From the sequence record DRR378314_1779: a stretch of 57,182 nucleotides of DNA; one strand, given 5' to 3'. How positions within the stretch are numbered: the first letter of the stretch is position 1; every line of letters begins with the position of its first letter. Of the stretch, positions 35,205 through 44,695 are shown in pieces. Below the pieces are notes generated by a model. That model was given only the letters and a program-made list of their open reading frames with translations, did no database searches and was not told where the DNA came from. Made by a program: the position numbers and the translations under genes.

Positions 35205-36530
35205 ATGACTGATAAAAAACTGACTGAACGCGTTTACGGCTACTTAGCTGAAGACGAAGATGCTCGCGTTTGTAAAGATATTCCTGAGTCTGCCTGTAAC
35301 GAGCAACCGCGTTCATTCGTTTTGATGTTGTTGTCGTTAACTCTGACAAAACTGGGTGACAGCTTAGTCAGCGCGCGCCTTGTATTGCCGTGGATGTTGA
35401 GCTCGCTGGGCGCTCCGGCGGTGTTTATTAGCGCTTTAGTGCCTTTAAGGGAATCTCTGGCTTTATTACCTCAGCTCTTTGTTGCTCAAAAGCTCCGTGA
35501 GCAGCCGGTACGCAAATGGTTCTGGGTTGCGGGCAGTGTCGGTCAGGCAGTCTCGTTGCTGGCTATGTTGTTTGCGGTAGCAACTTTAGATGAATCTGCA
35601 CTGGGCTGGTCTGTAGTTGTTTTACTGGCAATATTTAGCTTGTCACGGGGCATTTGTTCTGTGTCGAATAAGGATGTGACCGGTAAAACGGTATCTAAAA
35701 CGCGCCGTGGACGAATGTCCGGTGTCGCAGCCTCCGCCGCCGGATTACTCACACTGTTAACCGCACTCGTTATTATATTTGCACCCGATATGGAAGGTCA
35801 GCGCTCATTATTTATTGGACTACTAGGTGCCGGTGTTTTGCTCTGGTTTGTTGCGGCTCTACTTTATGCGGGCATTCCTGAGGTTGCCGGTGCAACCGAG
35901 GGCGGTGGTAACGCGCTGACCGAAGCACTGAAATCAATGTCTTTGCTGTGGCAGGATCGTCAGTTTGGACACTTTGTCATTTCGCGGGCGTTACTGGTCG
36001 CCGCCGCTTTTGCTATTCCTTATATCGTGGTTCTAATTCAGCGCGAAGGTGAGTCCGAACTGACTAGTCTGGGCAGTTTAATGCTAGCGAGTGGGCTTGC
36101 CGGTTTGTTGGCGGGGCGCTTTTGGGGTCGTTGGTCCGATTCTGCCAGTCACCATGTGATGGCAGCAGCTTCCGTTATGTCGACTTTGGTAATATCGGCT
36201 GCGCTGGCACTTTATTACTGGATACCTGAGGCGCTGGGCGCGCAGTGGATTGCGGCATTACTTTTATTCAGTTCGGCGGTTGCGCATCATGGAGCACGAG
36301 TTGGCAGAAAAACCTATCTGGTTGATATGGCAACGCAAGATAACCGGGCGCAACTGACGGCGGTATCTAATACCGTGATGGGGGTAGTGCTTTTAGCTGG
36401 TTTATTACTGGGGTGGGTTGATGCTGCTTATGGCGTTGCTGCCGTTTTATGGGTACTGGGAGCTATTGGCTTACTTGCTACCCTTACAGCCTTAAGACTG
36501 CCAGACGTATCAGACGACACGTCTGGCTAA
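35205..36530 (+). CDS. MFS-like permease
   Basis: About 12 TM segments; N-terminal EDARVCKDIPESAC extension; GARVGRKTYLVD. Confidence 0.8.
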   Translation: MTDKKLTERVYGYLAEDEDARVCKDIPESACNEQPRSFVLMLLSLTLTKLGDSLVSARLVLPWMLSSLGAPAVFISALVPLRESLALLPQLFVAQKLREQPVRKWFWVAGSVGQAVSLLAMLFAVATLDESALGWSVVVLLAIFSLSRGICSVSNKDVTGKTVSKTRRGRMSGVAASAAGLLTLLTALVIIFAPDMEGQRSLFIGLLGAGVLLWFVAALLYAGIPEVAGATEGGGNALTEALKSMSLLWQDRQFGHFVISRALLVAAAFAIPYIVVLIQREGESELTSLGSLMLASGLAGLLAGRFWGRWSDSASHHVMAAASVMSTLVISAALALYYWIPEALGAQWIAALLLFSSAVAHHGARVGRKTYLVDMATQDNRAQLTAVSNTVMGVVLLAGLLLGWVDAAYGVAAVLWVLGAIGLLATLTALRLPDVSDDTSG

Positions 36531-36544
36531 CCACGTTTACTAGG

Positions 36545-36742
36545 TTACTTTCCGCGAATGACCGCGTAGAGACCAATAATAACTGCGGCAACACCACCAA
36601 TTAAATACCAAATGGTGTTGTCAGTTGGTTCATTTGTAGCCACTTCTGATACGCTAGAGGCAATTGATTGTGAGGCCTCATATGAGAAATACAATAAAAT
36701 AGCGCCAACAACTAATAGAACAATACCTACGATACGAGTCAT
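36545..36742 (-). CDS. Small two-TM membrane protein (DUF3185-like)
   Basis: Two hydrophobic helices around a loop ending PTDNTIWYLIGG; RBS AGGA. Confidence 0.7.
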   Translation of the reverse strand: MTRIVGIVLLVVGAILLYFSYEASQSIASSVSEVATNEPTDNTIWYLIGGVAAVIIGLYAVIRGK

Positions 36743-36921
36743 AAAGTCTTCCTTTTGTTGTGTTTACAACTATCAATATAAAGCACTCTGTCAGATCCGC
36801 AAGTTTCCTTACAAATATTGATTTATATCATCTGGTATATTCCCAAGCCAATGAAATGGCTGTAGTTGTTAAAAAGCTGGTCGCGTTTAAAACAAAAAAA
36901 CAACAAAAGTAAGGCAGAACT

Positions 36922-39378
36922 ATGAGCAGAGCATCTTTTAAACTTGGGTATTTGGCCATTTCAATGTCAGCAGCGTTAGCAATCCCGGGTACCGGTTTTG
37001 CGCAACAAGCGGATGCTAATGCAGAGTCTGACGAATCTATGGAGCGCATTGTCACCTTGGGTTCACGGGTTAATGGCAGAACAGCGACAGAATCGGCTTC
37101 GCCAATTGATATTATTTCTGCAGAGCAACTCGTAAATACAGGAGCGACTGAACTCGGTAAAGCCCTGCAAATGAGTGCGCCTTCTTTTAACTTTTCCAGC
37201 ACAACCATTTCTGACGGTTCTGACATCATTCGTCCGGCAACACTGCGCGGACTCAATCCGGATCAGGTTCTGGTTCTGGTTAACGGTAAACGCAGGCATC
37301 AACAAGCTCTGGTGAACGTCCAGGAGACCATTGGTAAAGGCTCGGCAGGCTACGACATTAACGCCATTCCAATTACCGCTGTTGCGCGCGTCGAAATTCT
37401 ACGAGACGGTGCGGCGGCTCAATACGGCTCTGATGCCATTGCCGGGGTCATTAATATCACGCTGAAAAGCTCCGAAGGCGGCAGTGTCTCCGCTGAAATA
37501 GGTCAAACTTACGAGGGTGATGGCGAAGTTAATACTATTGGCGTTAATTTTGGTGTTGAGTCAGACAACGGCTTTTTCAACGGCACGTTGGAGTACCGTG
37601 ACCGGGGAATGACGAACCGGGCGTCTCCAGCTGAAGCATCGCTCATAGGAGACTGGTCATCGCCCAGCGGCGACCCTGTGGTTCGTCTGCATATTGGTGA
37701 TGCCGATTCGGAGAACTTATACGCCTGGTTTAACTCCGGTTATAACTTTAGTGAAACGACAGAGCTTTATGCTTTTGGTGGTATCTCCAGCCGTGACGGT
37801 GGTTCTTCAGGTTTCTTCCGCGGACGCGGACACCCGAGAACCATAGAAGCAATTTACCCCGATGGTTTTCTGCCGAAACTAGAGACCGAAGCGGATGATC
37901 AATCGTTGGCTGTTGGAATTCGCGGAGACCTGCCTAACGCCTGGCTATGGGATGCCAGTGTGGTTTACGGGAAAAATGAATTTGGCTTTAATTCGTCAAA
38001 CTCAGCAAATGTTAGTTGGTACTACGAACCAAGTCCGGACGGCGGTATTTACGGCGAAACACCAACAGAGGCTTTCGATGGCGAACTGGTCTTTGAGCAG
38101 ACGACATTCAATTTAGATTTTAATGGTACGGTTGATATCGCAAATGAGCTGCTTTATCTGGCGGTGGGGTTAGAGATGCGCCGTGACGGCTATCAAATTA
38201 ACCCTGGTGACCCGGTATCCTGGTCCTATGGCAGAGCTAATGATCCCAGCATTGAAATCCTAACCCCATCTGGTGACCCTGCTGAAGCCGGCATACAAGG
38301 TTTTCCGGGTTTTAGTCCGAGCCAGGCGGTAGACGCTGACCGTGACAGTTATGGTGCTTATGTCGATGCAGAATACTATGTAACGCCGGACTTCTTGTTA
38401 GCCGGGGCTTTACGCTACGAAGATTATGACATAGCCGGAGACAATATTTCCGGTAAACTGTCTGCCCGATATGATATCAACAGTGACCTCTCTGTGCGTG
38501 GCACAGTATCGACCGGATTCCGGGCTCCTGGTGTACAGCAAATTTATTACAGTCAGGTATCCACTAACATTGTTAATGGCACTCTGGTAGAAACCGGGAC
38601 CATTGCTAATGATGACGAAGTCGCACGTCAGTTTGGTATTAACGAGCTGGAAGAAGAAACGTCTGAAAGCATAAGTATGGGTCTTATAAAGCGTTTCAAC
38701 AACGGTTTCGATCTGACCATGGATTTTTATCAAATCAATATTGATGATCGCATTGTGTTGTCGGAGTCACTGACAGCTGATGTGGGCGCAGAGTTTGGTC
38801 AAATTTTGGAAGACAATAACCTGGGCGCCGCTCAGTTTTTTACCAACTCTGTTGACACCAAAACCACAGGTCTGGATGTGATCGCGTCTTACCCGACTGA
38901 GTTTATGGACGGCAATTTGAATTTAACTGCCGCAATGAGCTTTATGAATACCGATGTAGAGCAGGTGAATTCGGTCTCTTCATTAATTCCGGGGGAACAG
39001 ATCTTCAACGACACTCAAGTCCTGCGTCTTGAAGAGGGACAACCCAGTGAGAAAGCAACGTTAAGTGGTGACTGGACTCGTGATGCCTGGAATGTGAATT
39101 TAGCCTTTAATTATTTTGGGCCTGTTGAAGGGCAAGCCTTTACCGGTGTGCGTCATGAGTGGGGCGGTAAGTGGTTAACTGATCTTTCTATTGGTTACGA
39201 CTTTACTGATAGTTTAAATGTTCGTATTGGTGCGAATAACCTGTTTGACACTTACCCCGACGAATGGGGCAGTGCTGGTTCACCATTTTCTGATGCGGGC
39301 TTTAAATATGGCTGGGAAACTTTCCCGTTCGGTATTAACGGTGGTTACTACTACGCTCGGTTGAATTACACTTTCTAG
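36922..39378 (+). CDS. TonB-dependent receptor, substrate unknown
   Basis: Signal peptide, TonB-box-like ERIVTLGSR, LRGL...LVLVNGKR, RVEILRDGAAAQYGSDAIAGVINI; ends YTF. Confidence 0.95.
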   Translation: MSRASFKLGYLAISMSAALAIPGTGFAQQADANAESDESMERIVTLGSRVNGRTATESASPIDIISAEQLVNTGATELGKALQMSAPSFNFSSTTISDGSDIIRPATLRGLNPDQVLVLVNGKRRHQQALVNVQETIGKGSAGYDINAIPITAVARVEILRDGAAAQYGSDAIAGVINITLKSSEGGSVSAEIGQTYEGDGEVNTIGVNFGVESDNGFFNGTLEYRDRGMTNRASPAEASLIGDWSSPSGDPVVRLHIGDADSENLYAWFNSGYNFSETTELYAFGGISSRDGGSSGFFRGRGHPRTIEAIYPDGFLPKLETEADDQSLAVGIRGDLPNAWLWDASVVYGKNEFGFNSSNSANVSWYYEPSPDGGIYGETPTEAFDGELVFEQTTFNLDFNGTVDIANELLYLAVGLEMRRDGYQINPGDPVSWSYGRANDPSIEILTPSGDPAEAGIQGFPGFSPSQAVDADRDSYGAYVDAEYYVTPDFLLAGALRYEDYDIAGDNISGKLSARYDINSDLSVRGTVSTGFRAPGVQQIYYSQVSTNIVNGTLVETGTIANDDEVARQFGINELEEETSESISMGLIKRFNNGFDLTMDFYQINIDDRIVLSESLTADVGAEFGQILEDNNLGAAQFFTNSVDTKTTGLDVIASYPTEFMDGNLNLTAAMSFMNTDVEQVNSVSSLIPGEQIFNDTQVLRLEEGQPSEKATLSGDWTRDAWNVNLAFNYFGPVEGQAFTGVRHEWGGKWLTDLSIGYDFTDSLNVRIGANNLFDTYPDEWGSAGSPFSDAGFKYGWETFPFGINGGYYYARLNYTF

Positions 39379-39393
39379 TCATTATCGACATAA

Positions 39394-39422
39394 AAAAACG
39401 CCCCGAATACCGGGGCGTTTTT
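39394..39422. terminator. Bidirectional intrinsic terminator (TonB receptor / dps)
   Basis: AAAAACGCCCCG-AATAC-CGGGGCGTTTTT between convergent genes. Confidence 0.9.
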
Positions 39423-39442
39423 ATTGTTACTTCTCGGAGCGA

Positions 39443-39919
39443 TTAATTGCCCATGTAAGACGTCAGCATCCAGGCTGTTTTTTCCTGCTCTTTGATGTAG
39501 TCACTCATCAACGCGTTGGTTCCTTCATCGCCTGCTTCATCAGAAATTTCAAGAATTTCACGCTGCAAACGAATGGTGGTCTGATAGCTATCCAGAATAT
39601 TGGCTACACAGGCACGACCGTCGTGTACATCTTTAACTTCTTCAATTTCGCTGTTCTTGATGTAAGTTGAGTAAGCATGCTGAGGGCGCTGACCCAAAGT
39701 TAAAATACGCTCTGCAATTTCATCAATTTTAAGCAGTAAATCGTCGTAGGTCTCTTCGAATTTAGCGTGCAGTTCAAAAAAACGCTCGCCCTTAATGTTC
39801 CAGTGAAAACCGCGAACATTCATATAAAAAACTTGGTAATTTGAAAGTAGCTCATTGAGCTTGTCACCAAGTTGTTCTGCTTTTTTCTGGTCTAACCCAA
39901 TAACGCTTAACTGTTTCAT
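39443..39919 (-). CDS. dps: DNA-protecting ferritin-like protein Dps
   Basis: HWNIKG..FFELH..FEE and DEIAER ferroxidase motifs. Start ATG 39919 with AGGAGG RBS. Confidence 0.95.
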   Translation of the reverse strand: MKQLSVIGLDQKKAEQLGDKLNELLSNYQVFYMNVRGFHWNIKGERFFELHAKFEETYDDLLLKIDEIAERILTLGQRPQHAYSTYIKNSEIEEVKDVHDGRACVANILDSYQTTIRLQREILEISDEAGDEGTNALMSDYIKEQEKTAWMLTSYMGN

Positions 39920-39995
39920 AAACCCTCCTTTATCATCGTTATGCTTTAACCATAGTTGAATCATAGGGTTAAAGAAAGCGATGAAAATCGATAAC

Positions 39996-40024
39996 GCTGA
40001 CAGTTAAACTCGATAACTGTCAGC
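39996..40024. repeat. Perfect 11-bp inverted repeat between trhO and dps
   Basis: GCTGACAGTTA-AACTCGA-TAACTGTCAGC; possible trhO terminator or operator. Confidence 0.7.
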
Positions 40025-40064
40025 TTATGCTTACATAAGGAGTATGGGGGTGCTGTGAGTTAAA

Positions 40065-40988
40065 TCAACTCAGGCTTTCAAGTTTACCGTCGCGGATATG
40101 TTTCTCGCCACGGGCTTTAGCTAATTGAATTTGGCGCTCACGCTCGGCAAATCGCTCTTTTTGTTCTGCCGAGGTTTTGTCGTAGCAATGCGGACAACTG
40201 ACACCTTTTTGGTAATGTTCTGACTGCATTTCTTCAGCAGTAATGGGCATGCGGCAGGCATAACATTGGTCGTATTCACCCGGCTCCAGACCGTGCTTAA
40301 CGGTAACGCGTTGGTCAAAAACGAAGCACTCACCATTCCAGCGACTGTTGTCTTCCGGCATCATTTCCAGATATTTAAGAATTCCGCCTTTTAAGTGGTA
40401 AACCTCGTCAAAGCCCTGCTCTTTTAAATAAGCGGTCGATTTTTCGCAGCGGATACCACCGGTGCAGAACATAGCAACTTTCTTATGTTTTTCCGGATCC
40501 AGATGCTGCTTCACGTACTCCGGAAACTCGCGGAAAGTATCGGTCTTAGGGTTAATGGCGCCTTCAAAGGTTCCTACGGCGTATTCATATTCGTTGCGGG
40601 TATCAATAACCAGCACTTCCGGATCGGCTATCAGGTCGTTCCATTTCTCCGGGTCTACGTAAGTACCGACCGAGCTTTTGGGGTCAACCCAGTCAACGCC
40701 CAGGGTGACAATTTCTTTTTTCAGTTTTACCTTGGTGCGATAAAACGCTTGCTCGTCACTGGGGGATTCTTTGTGTTCAATGTCAGCAAAACGTTCGTCG
40801 GAACGTAAGTAATTCAAAACGTTGTCAATGGCTTCTCGGGTACCGCAAATGGTGCCATTAATGCCCTCCCGGGCTAACAACAAAGTGCCTTTTACATCGT
40901 TTGCAATAAGCGTCTGATACAGAGGTTCGCGGAGTTCTTTATAGTCATTGAGCTCAACAAATTTATACAATGCCGCACAAATATACAT
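40065..40988 (-). CDS. trhO: Oxygen-dependent tRNA U34 hydroxylase (rhodanese domain, YceA family)
   Basis: [51 protein letters not shown], and C-terminal CYAC/CPHC. Confidence 0.93.
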   Translation of the reverse strand: MYICAALYKFVELNDYKELREPLYQTLIANDVKGTLLLAREGINGTICGTREAIDNVLNYLRSDERFADIEHKESPSDEQAFYRTKVKLKKEIVTLGVDWVDPKSSVGTYVDPEKWNDLIADPEVLVIDTRNEYEYAVGTFEGAINPKTDTFREFPEYVKQHLDPEKHKKVAMFCTGGIRCEKSTAYLKEQGFDEVYHLKGGILKYLEMMPEDNSRWNGECFVFDQRVTVKHGLEPGEYDQCYACRMPITAEEMQSEHYQKGVSCPHCYDKTSAEQKERFAERERQIQLAKARGEKHIRDGKLESLS

Positions 40989-41008
40989 ATCATGTTACCT
41001 TTTTCAGC

Positions 41009-41032
41009 GGTCCGGAACGTAAATCCGGAGCC
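41009..41032 (-). promoter_or_regulatory. Leader hairpin resembling a tRNA anticodon stem-loop (UAC)
   Basis: mRNA sense GG(C)UCCGGA-UUUACGU-UCCGGACC just upstream of the trhO SD (AAGGU, 41001-40997). The hairpin is seen directly; its function is inferred. Confidence 0.5.
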
Positions 41033-41067
41033 TTCATTTAAATTGCTTTAGCAATTCGCGTAAAAAT

Positions 41068-41104
41068 CGCGCGGATTATACCGTTTTGATCCCAATCAGC
41101 GCAA
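41068..41104 (-). promoter_or_regulatory. sigma70 promoter for trhO with a GC-rich discriminator
   Basis: Minus strand TTGCGC-18 bp-TATAAT-CCGCGCG, typical of stringently controlled translation genes. Confidence 0.6.
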
Positions 41105-41133
41105 ATTAGGAACTCAGGGAGTAGTAAGAAAGC

Positions 41134-41892
41134 ATGATTAACGAAGCCTTGTTCTATGGCCTGGTACTCTTATCGGCCGCAACCTCTTTATTGACAGCCG
41201 TGGCCGGCGCCGGTGGGGGCGCTGTACTCATCGGTGTAATGGCATTAGTTCTGCCCGGCAGTGCGGTTATTCCGGTACATGGATTAGTGCAAATGGGGTC
41301 GAATGTGGGCCGAACCGGGTTGTCCTGGAAACACATTCATTGGCCTACCGTTGCCTGGTTTGTGCCCTTTGGTTTGTTAGGCACTTTTATCGGCAGTTTA
41401 TTATTGGTTCAGCTTCCGACACATTTTCTGCAAATTACCATCGCACTATTTTTAATCTGGCTAACCTGGGGACCTAAGTTGCCACAGAGTTTCCGTGGGC
41501 GTGCTGGTCTGGTCGGTGGTGGCTTGGTTACCGGCTTTATTTCTCTTTTTGTTGGTGCGTCAGGGCCACTGGTTGCCGCTTTTGTAAAAGCCCGATTTAG
41601 TCAGCGAATGCAAACCGTCGCGACGTTCTCCGCAGTAATGACCATGCAACACGCGCCTAAAGCGCTGGTGTTTGGCATGGCCGGGTTTGTATTTCAGGAC
41701 TGGCTACCGCTGGTATTAGCAATGATAGCGGCCGGTTTTGCCGGTACCTGGATTGGCCTGCACTGGCTGAAAAAAATTACTGACCAGCGCTTTGACCAAC
41801 TATTCCGTTTAATCATTACCTTGCTTGCTTTGCGCCTGCTTTGGGTCGCGCTTGAGCCGTTTGTCCCAGCGTTGACGAGCGTAGCGTCGTAA
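41134..41892 (+). CDS. TauE/SafE (TSUP) family transporter
   Basis: GAGGGAVL...IPVHG and GFISLFVGASGPLV repeat motifs; about 8 TM segments. Confidence 0.85.
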   Translation: MINEALFYGLVLLSAATSLLTAVAGAGGGAVLIGVMALVLPGSAVIPVHGLVQMGSNVGRTGLSWKHIHWPTVAWFVPFGLLGTFIGSLLLVQLPTHFLQITIALFLIWLTWGPKLPQSFRGRAGLVGGGLVTGFISLFVGASGPLVAAFVKARFSQRMQTVATFSAVMTMQHAPKALVFGMAGFVFQDWLPLVLAMIAAGFAGTWIGLHWLKKITDQRFDQLFRLIITLLALRLLWVALEPFVPALTSVAS

Positions 41893-42855
41893 ACTGGCTA
41901 TGTTATCGGTTTCATCCATGATGGGGGTACCGAGTATGGTTTCGATAATATCTTCAAGAGTGATGAGTCCCAGCCAGCTGCCGTGTTCGTCGTAAACCAG
42001 AGCCATATGCTGACGCTCTTTAAGCAGATGGCTCATTAGAGCCTCAACACTGACGGTTTCTGTGACGATCTCAACCGGTCGCACAATGTCTTTCAGCGAG
42101 TCTGATTCCTCAGCATCAAGAATATCACTACGAAAAACAATGCCTTGTGGCTCCTCGTCGGTATCAATGACCGGGTATCGGGAAAAAGGCAGCTTTCTAA
42201 TCCTTTCGCTGACTTCCGGCATGCTTAAATCTGGTCGAATGGATTCACATACTGTTCTTGGAGTCATGACCTGACGTACCCGAATTTCATGTAAGTCGAG
42301 AATGTTCAGAATGACCCGACGTTCGTCGTCATCTAACGCTTTTTCTTCGTGGCCAATAGTGGCCATGGCCTTAATTTCGGAGCGAACGTCAATGTCCGCT
42401 TCTCCGCTGCCAATGCGTTTGGTGATTTGATCGGAAAGCCAGATAAACGGCTTAAGCGATAAAATTAAAAAATTTAGTACTGGAGGTAGCATAGGAGCTA
42501 TCCCACGCCAGAATTTAGCACCTATGGTTTTCGGAATTATTTCTGATAGCACCAGAATAAGCAGCGTCATAACTGCTGAAGCTACTCCCAGATAACCGTC
42601 ACCAAAGACGACCCCAACTTGTGCTCCAACTCCTGCGGCACCTGCTGTATGAGCTATAGTATTAAGTGTCAGAATAGCTGCCAGCGGTTTATCGATAGAA
42701 TCTTTTAGCTTGCGCAACTGTTGATGGGTTTTAGGCCGGGATTCTTTTAGCTGGGCTATATAGCTTGGTGTAACCGACAAAATGGCAGCTTCTAAAACTG
42801 AACAAATAAATGAAACGCCAATGGCAATAACAGCAAAAACAATGAGTAGGAACAT
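41809..42855 (-). CDS. CNNM (DUF21) plus CBS-pair membrane protein
   Basis: SFICSVLEAAILS, ILTLNTIAHT, SEIIPKT, VMTPR, FSRYPV, GLITLEDIIE. Confidence 0.92.
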   Translation of the reverse strand: MFLLIVFAVIAIGVSFICSVLEAAILSVTPSYIAQLKESRPKTHQQLRKLKDSIDKPLAAILTLNTIAHTAGAAGVGAQVGVVFGDGYLGVASAVMTLLILVLSEIIPKTIGAKFWRGIAPMLPPVLNFLILSLKPFIWLSDQITKRIGSGEADIDVRSEIKAMATIGHEEKALDDDERRVILNILDLHEIRVRQVMTPRTVCESIRPDLSMPEVSERIRKLPFSRYPVIDTDEEPQGIVFRSDILDAEESDSLKDIVRPVEIVTETVSVEALMSHLLKERQHMALVYDEHGSWLGLITLEDIIETILGTPIMDETDNIASLRRYARQRWDKRLKRDPKQAQSKQGND

Positions 42856-42870
42856 TGGTACCTTAAATAC

Positions 42871-43455
42871 TTACAAAAACTGCATTAGTAATAACATAGT
42901 TCCCGCGACGATGAGAATAGACCAACCGACGAGACCTGCGTATTTACCCCATAAGCGTTCAGTATAAGGCCCTAACCATAAAACGATAAGTGCTAATACA
43001 TAATAACGTAAAGCTCTTGCGGCACCAGCCGCTAGCATAAATAGCCAAAGCGGATAATCACCAGCACCTGCAGCCAGCATGGCTACCTGGAAAGGAACGG
43101 GAGTAACGCCCACCAGAAAAATAGCAATAAAACCGTCTTCACTCAGAGTGTCCTGGAATTCTTTATAGTAGTCCTGAATGGACAGGTAGTTGATGAACCA
43201 TTCTCCAGCGGTATCAAATAAGGCAAAGCCAATGTAGTAACCGACAATAGCCCCGGCCAAAAAACCCGCTAAAGCGACAGTCGAAACCAGCCATATGCGT
43301 TTGCGTTCTAGTACCATGTAAGGTACTAAGACCAACTCTAAGGCTATGGGAAGTATCGTTGCCTCCAGGGCAGACAGAAAAAATAGAAGTATCAACGCAT
43401 GGGGGGAACTGGCCAGTTTCTGATACCATTGTTGCGTCTTCGAGTTTTCTGTCAT
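42871..43455 (-). CDS. YqaA/DedA (VTT domain) membrane protein
   Basis: SALEATILPI, GAIVGYYIG, GVTPVPFQV, ARALRY. Confidence 0.82.
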   Translation of the reverse strand: MTENSKTQQWYQKLASSPHALILLFFLSALEATILPIALELVLVPYMVLERKRIWLVSTVALAGFLAGAIVGYYIGFALFDTAGEWFINYLSIQDYYKEFQDTLSEDGFIAIFLVGVTPVPFQVAMLAAGAGDYPLWLFMLAAGAARALRYYVLALIVLWLGPYTERLWGKYAGLVGWSILIVAGTMLLLMQFL

Positions 43456-43589
43456 TGGCGCGTCAACATATTATTTTCGATAGCATTCATCGGCCCAGTG
43501 TAGCGTGATTTTTTTGCAAATAGGGATCGAAGCCGTTAAAACTTACGTAAAATTTGCACTTACATCGTGTTGTTAAAAGGTAACTCAAA

Positions 43590-44684
43590 ATGAAATATCA
43601 AGGAAGCCCGGGCTTTTCTCATGGGCAGGCGGACAAAATTGGTGTCTTGGTTACTAATCTGGGAACTCCAGAGGCTCCAACAAAAAAAGCGCTCAAGCCC
43701 TATCTAAAAGAGTTTTTATCCGACCCTAGAGTGGTGGAAGTTCCGCGCTTACTTTGGTTTTTGATTTTAAACGGCGTTATTTTGCGTTTTCGGCCTAAAC
43801 GTTCAGCTGAAGCTTATAAAACTGTCTGGACTGATCGTGGCTCTCCCTTGTTATTTCACACGCAAGACCAGGCTTCGGCCATTGAGGCAAAACTGAAGCA
43901 AACCTGGGGTGACAACATTGTTGTGGATTTTGCCATGCGTTACGGGAACCCGGCTCTTGGCGATGTGGTTGAGAAGATGATGCAAAAAGGCGTTCGCAAA
44001 CTGCTGGTGTTGCCTTTGTATCCGCAGTACTCGGCATCGACCACGGCCTCAACCTTTGATGCGCTGGCCAAAGACTTTACCAAACGCCGCTGGTTACCTG
44101 AACTTCGTTTTATTACTCACTATCACGATTTTTCACCTTTTATTGAGGCAGCTGCACAGCGCATTGAAAAACACTGGGACGCTCATGGGCGGGCTGATAA
44201 GTTGCTGTTTTCCTATCATGGGATTCCATTGCGTTACTTGAAAAATGGTGACCCTTACCACTGCGAATGCTACAAAACATCGCGCTTATTGGCAGAACGA
44301 TTAGGGCTTGGAAAAGACGAGTATCTGACGACTTTTCAGTCACGTTTTGGCCGCGAAGAATGGTTGCAGCCCTACACCGATATGACGATGAAAGCACTTC
44401 CCGGTAAAGGAGTAAAGTCGGTTCAGGTCTTTTGTCCGGGATTTTCTTCTGACTGTTTAGAAACCGTAGAAGAAATTGGGGAAGAAAACCGTGAATACTT
44501 TATGGAAAGTGGCGGTGAGCGGTACGAGTACATTTCAGCTCTGAATGCCGAAAGCGGGCATATTGATGCGTTAAGTCAGCTTATTGAAAATAATTTGCAA
44601 GGCTGGTCAGTTGAAGACGTAACCGAACAGCGACAGCAAAGAGCCGATCAGGTAAAAAAGCAAAGTTTACCCTATGATGATTAA
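43590..44684 (+). CDS. hemH: Ferrochelatase
   Basis: NLGTP, FLSDPRVV, AMRYG, PLYPQYS, FSYHGIP, FQSRFG, DCLET.EE. Confidence 0.97.
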   Translation: MKYQGSPGFSHGQADKIGVLVTNLGTPEAPTKKALKPYLKEFLSDPRVVEVPRLLWFLILNGVILRFRPKRSAEAYKTVWTDRGSPLLFHTQDQASAIEAKLKQTWGDNIVVDFAMRYGNPALGDVVEKMMQKGVRKLLVLPLYPQYSASTTASTFDALAKDFTKRRWLPELRFITHYHDFSPFIEAAAQRIEKHWDAHGRADKLLFSYHGIPLRYLKNGDPYHCECYKTSRLLAERLGLGKDEYLTTFQSRFGREEWLQPYTDMTMKALPGKGVKSVQVFCPGFSSDCLETVEEIGEENREYFMESGGERYEYISALNAESGHIDALSQLIENNLQGWSVEDVTEQRQQRADQVKKQSLPYDD

Positions 44685-44695
44685 AGGAGATTAAC

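Noticed and set aside
36828-37256. 142-aa minus-strand ORF
   Set aside because: Antisense shadow of the TonB receptor N-terminus.
39920-39964. Longer dps start
   Set aside because: A strong AGGAGG precedes ATG 39919; the extension has no family support.
41011-41029. Reading the trhO leader hairpin as a tRNA gene or tRNA remnant
   Set aside because: No D-arm, T-arm (GTTC) or acceptor stem around it; kept only as an isolated anticodon-like hairpin.
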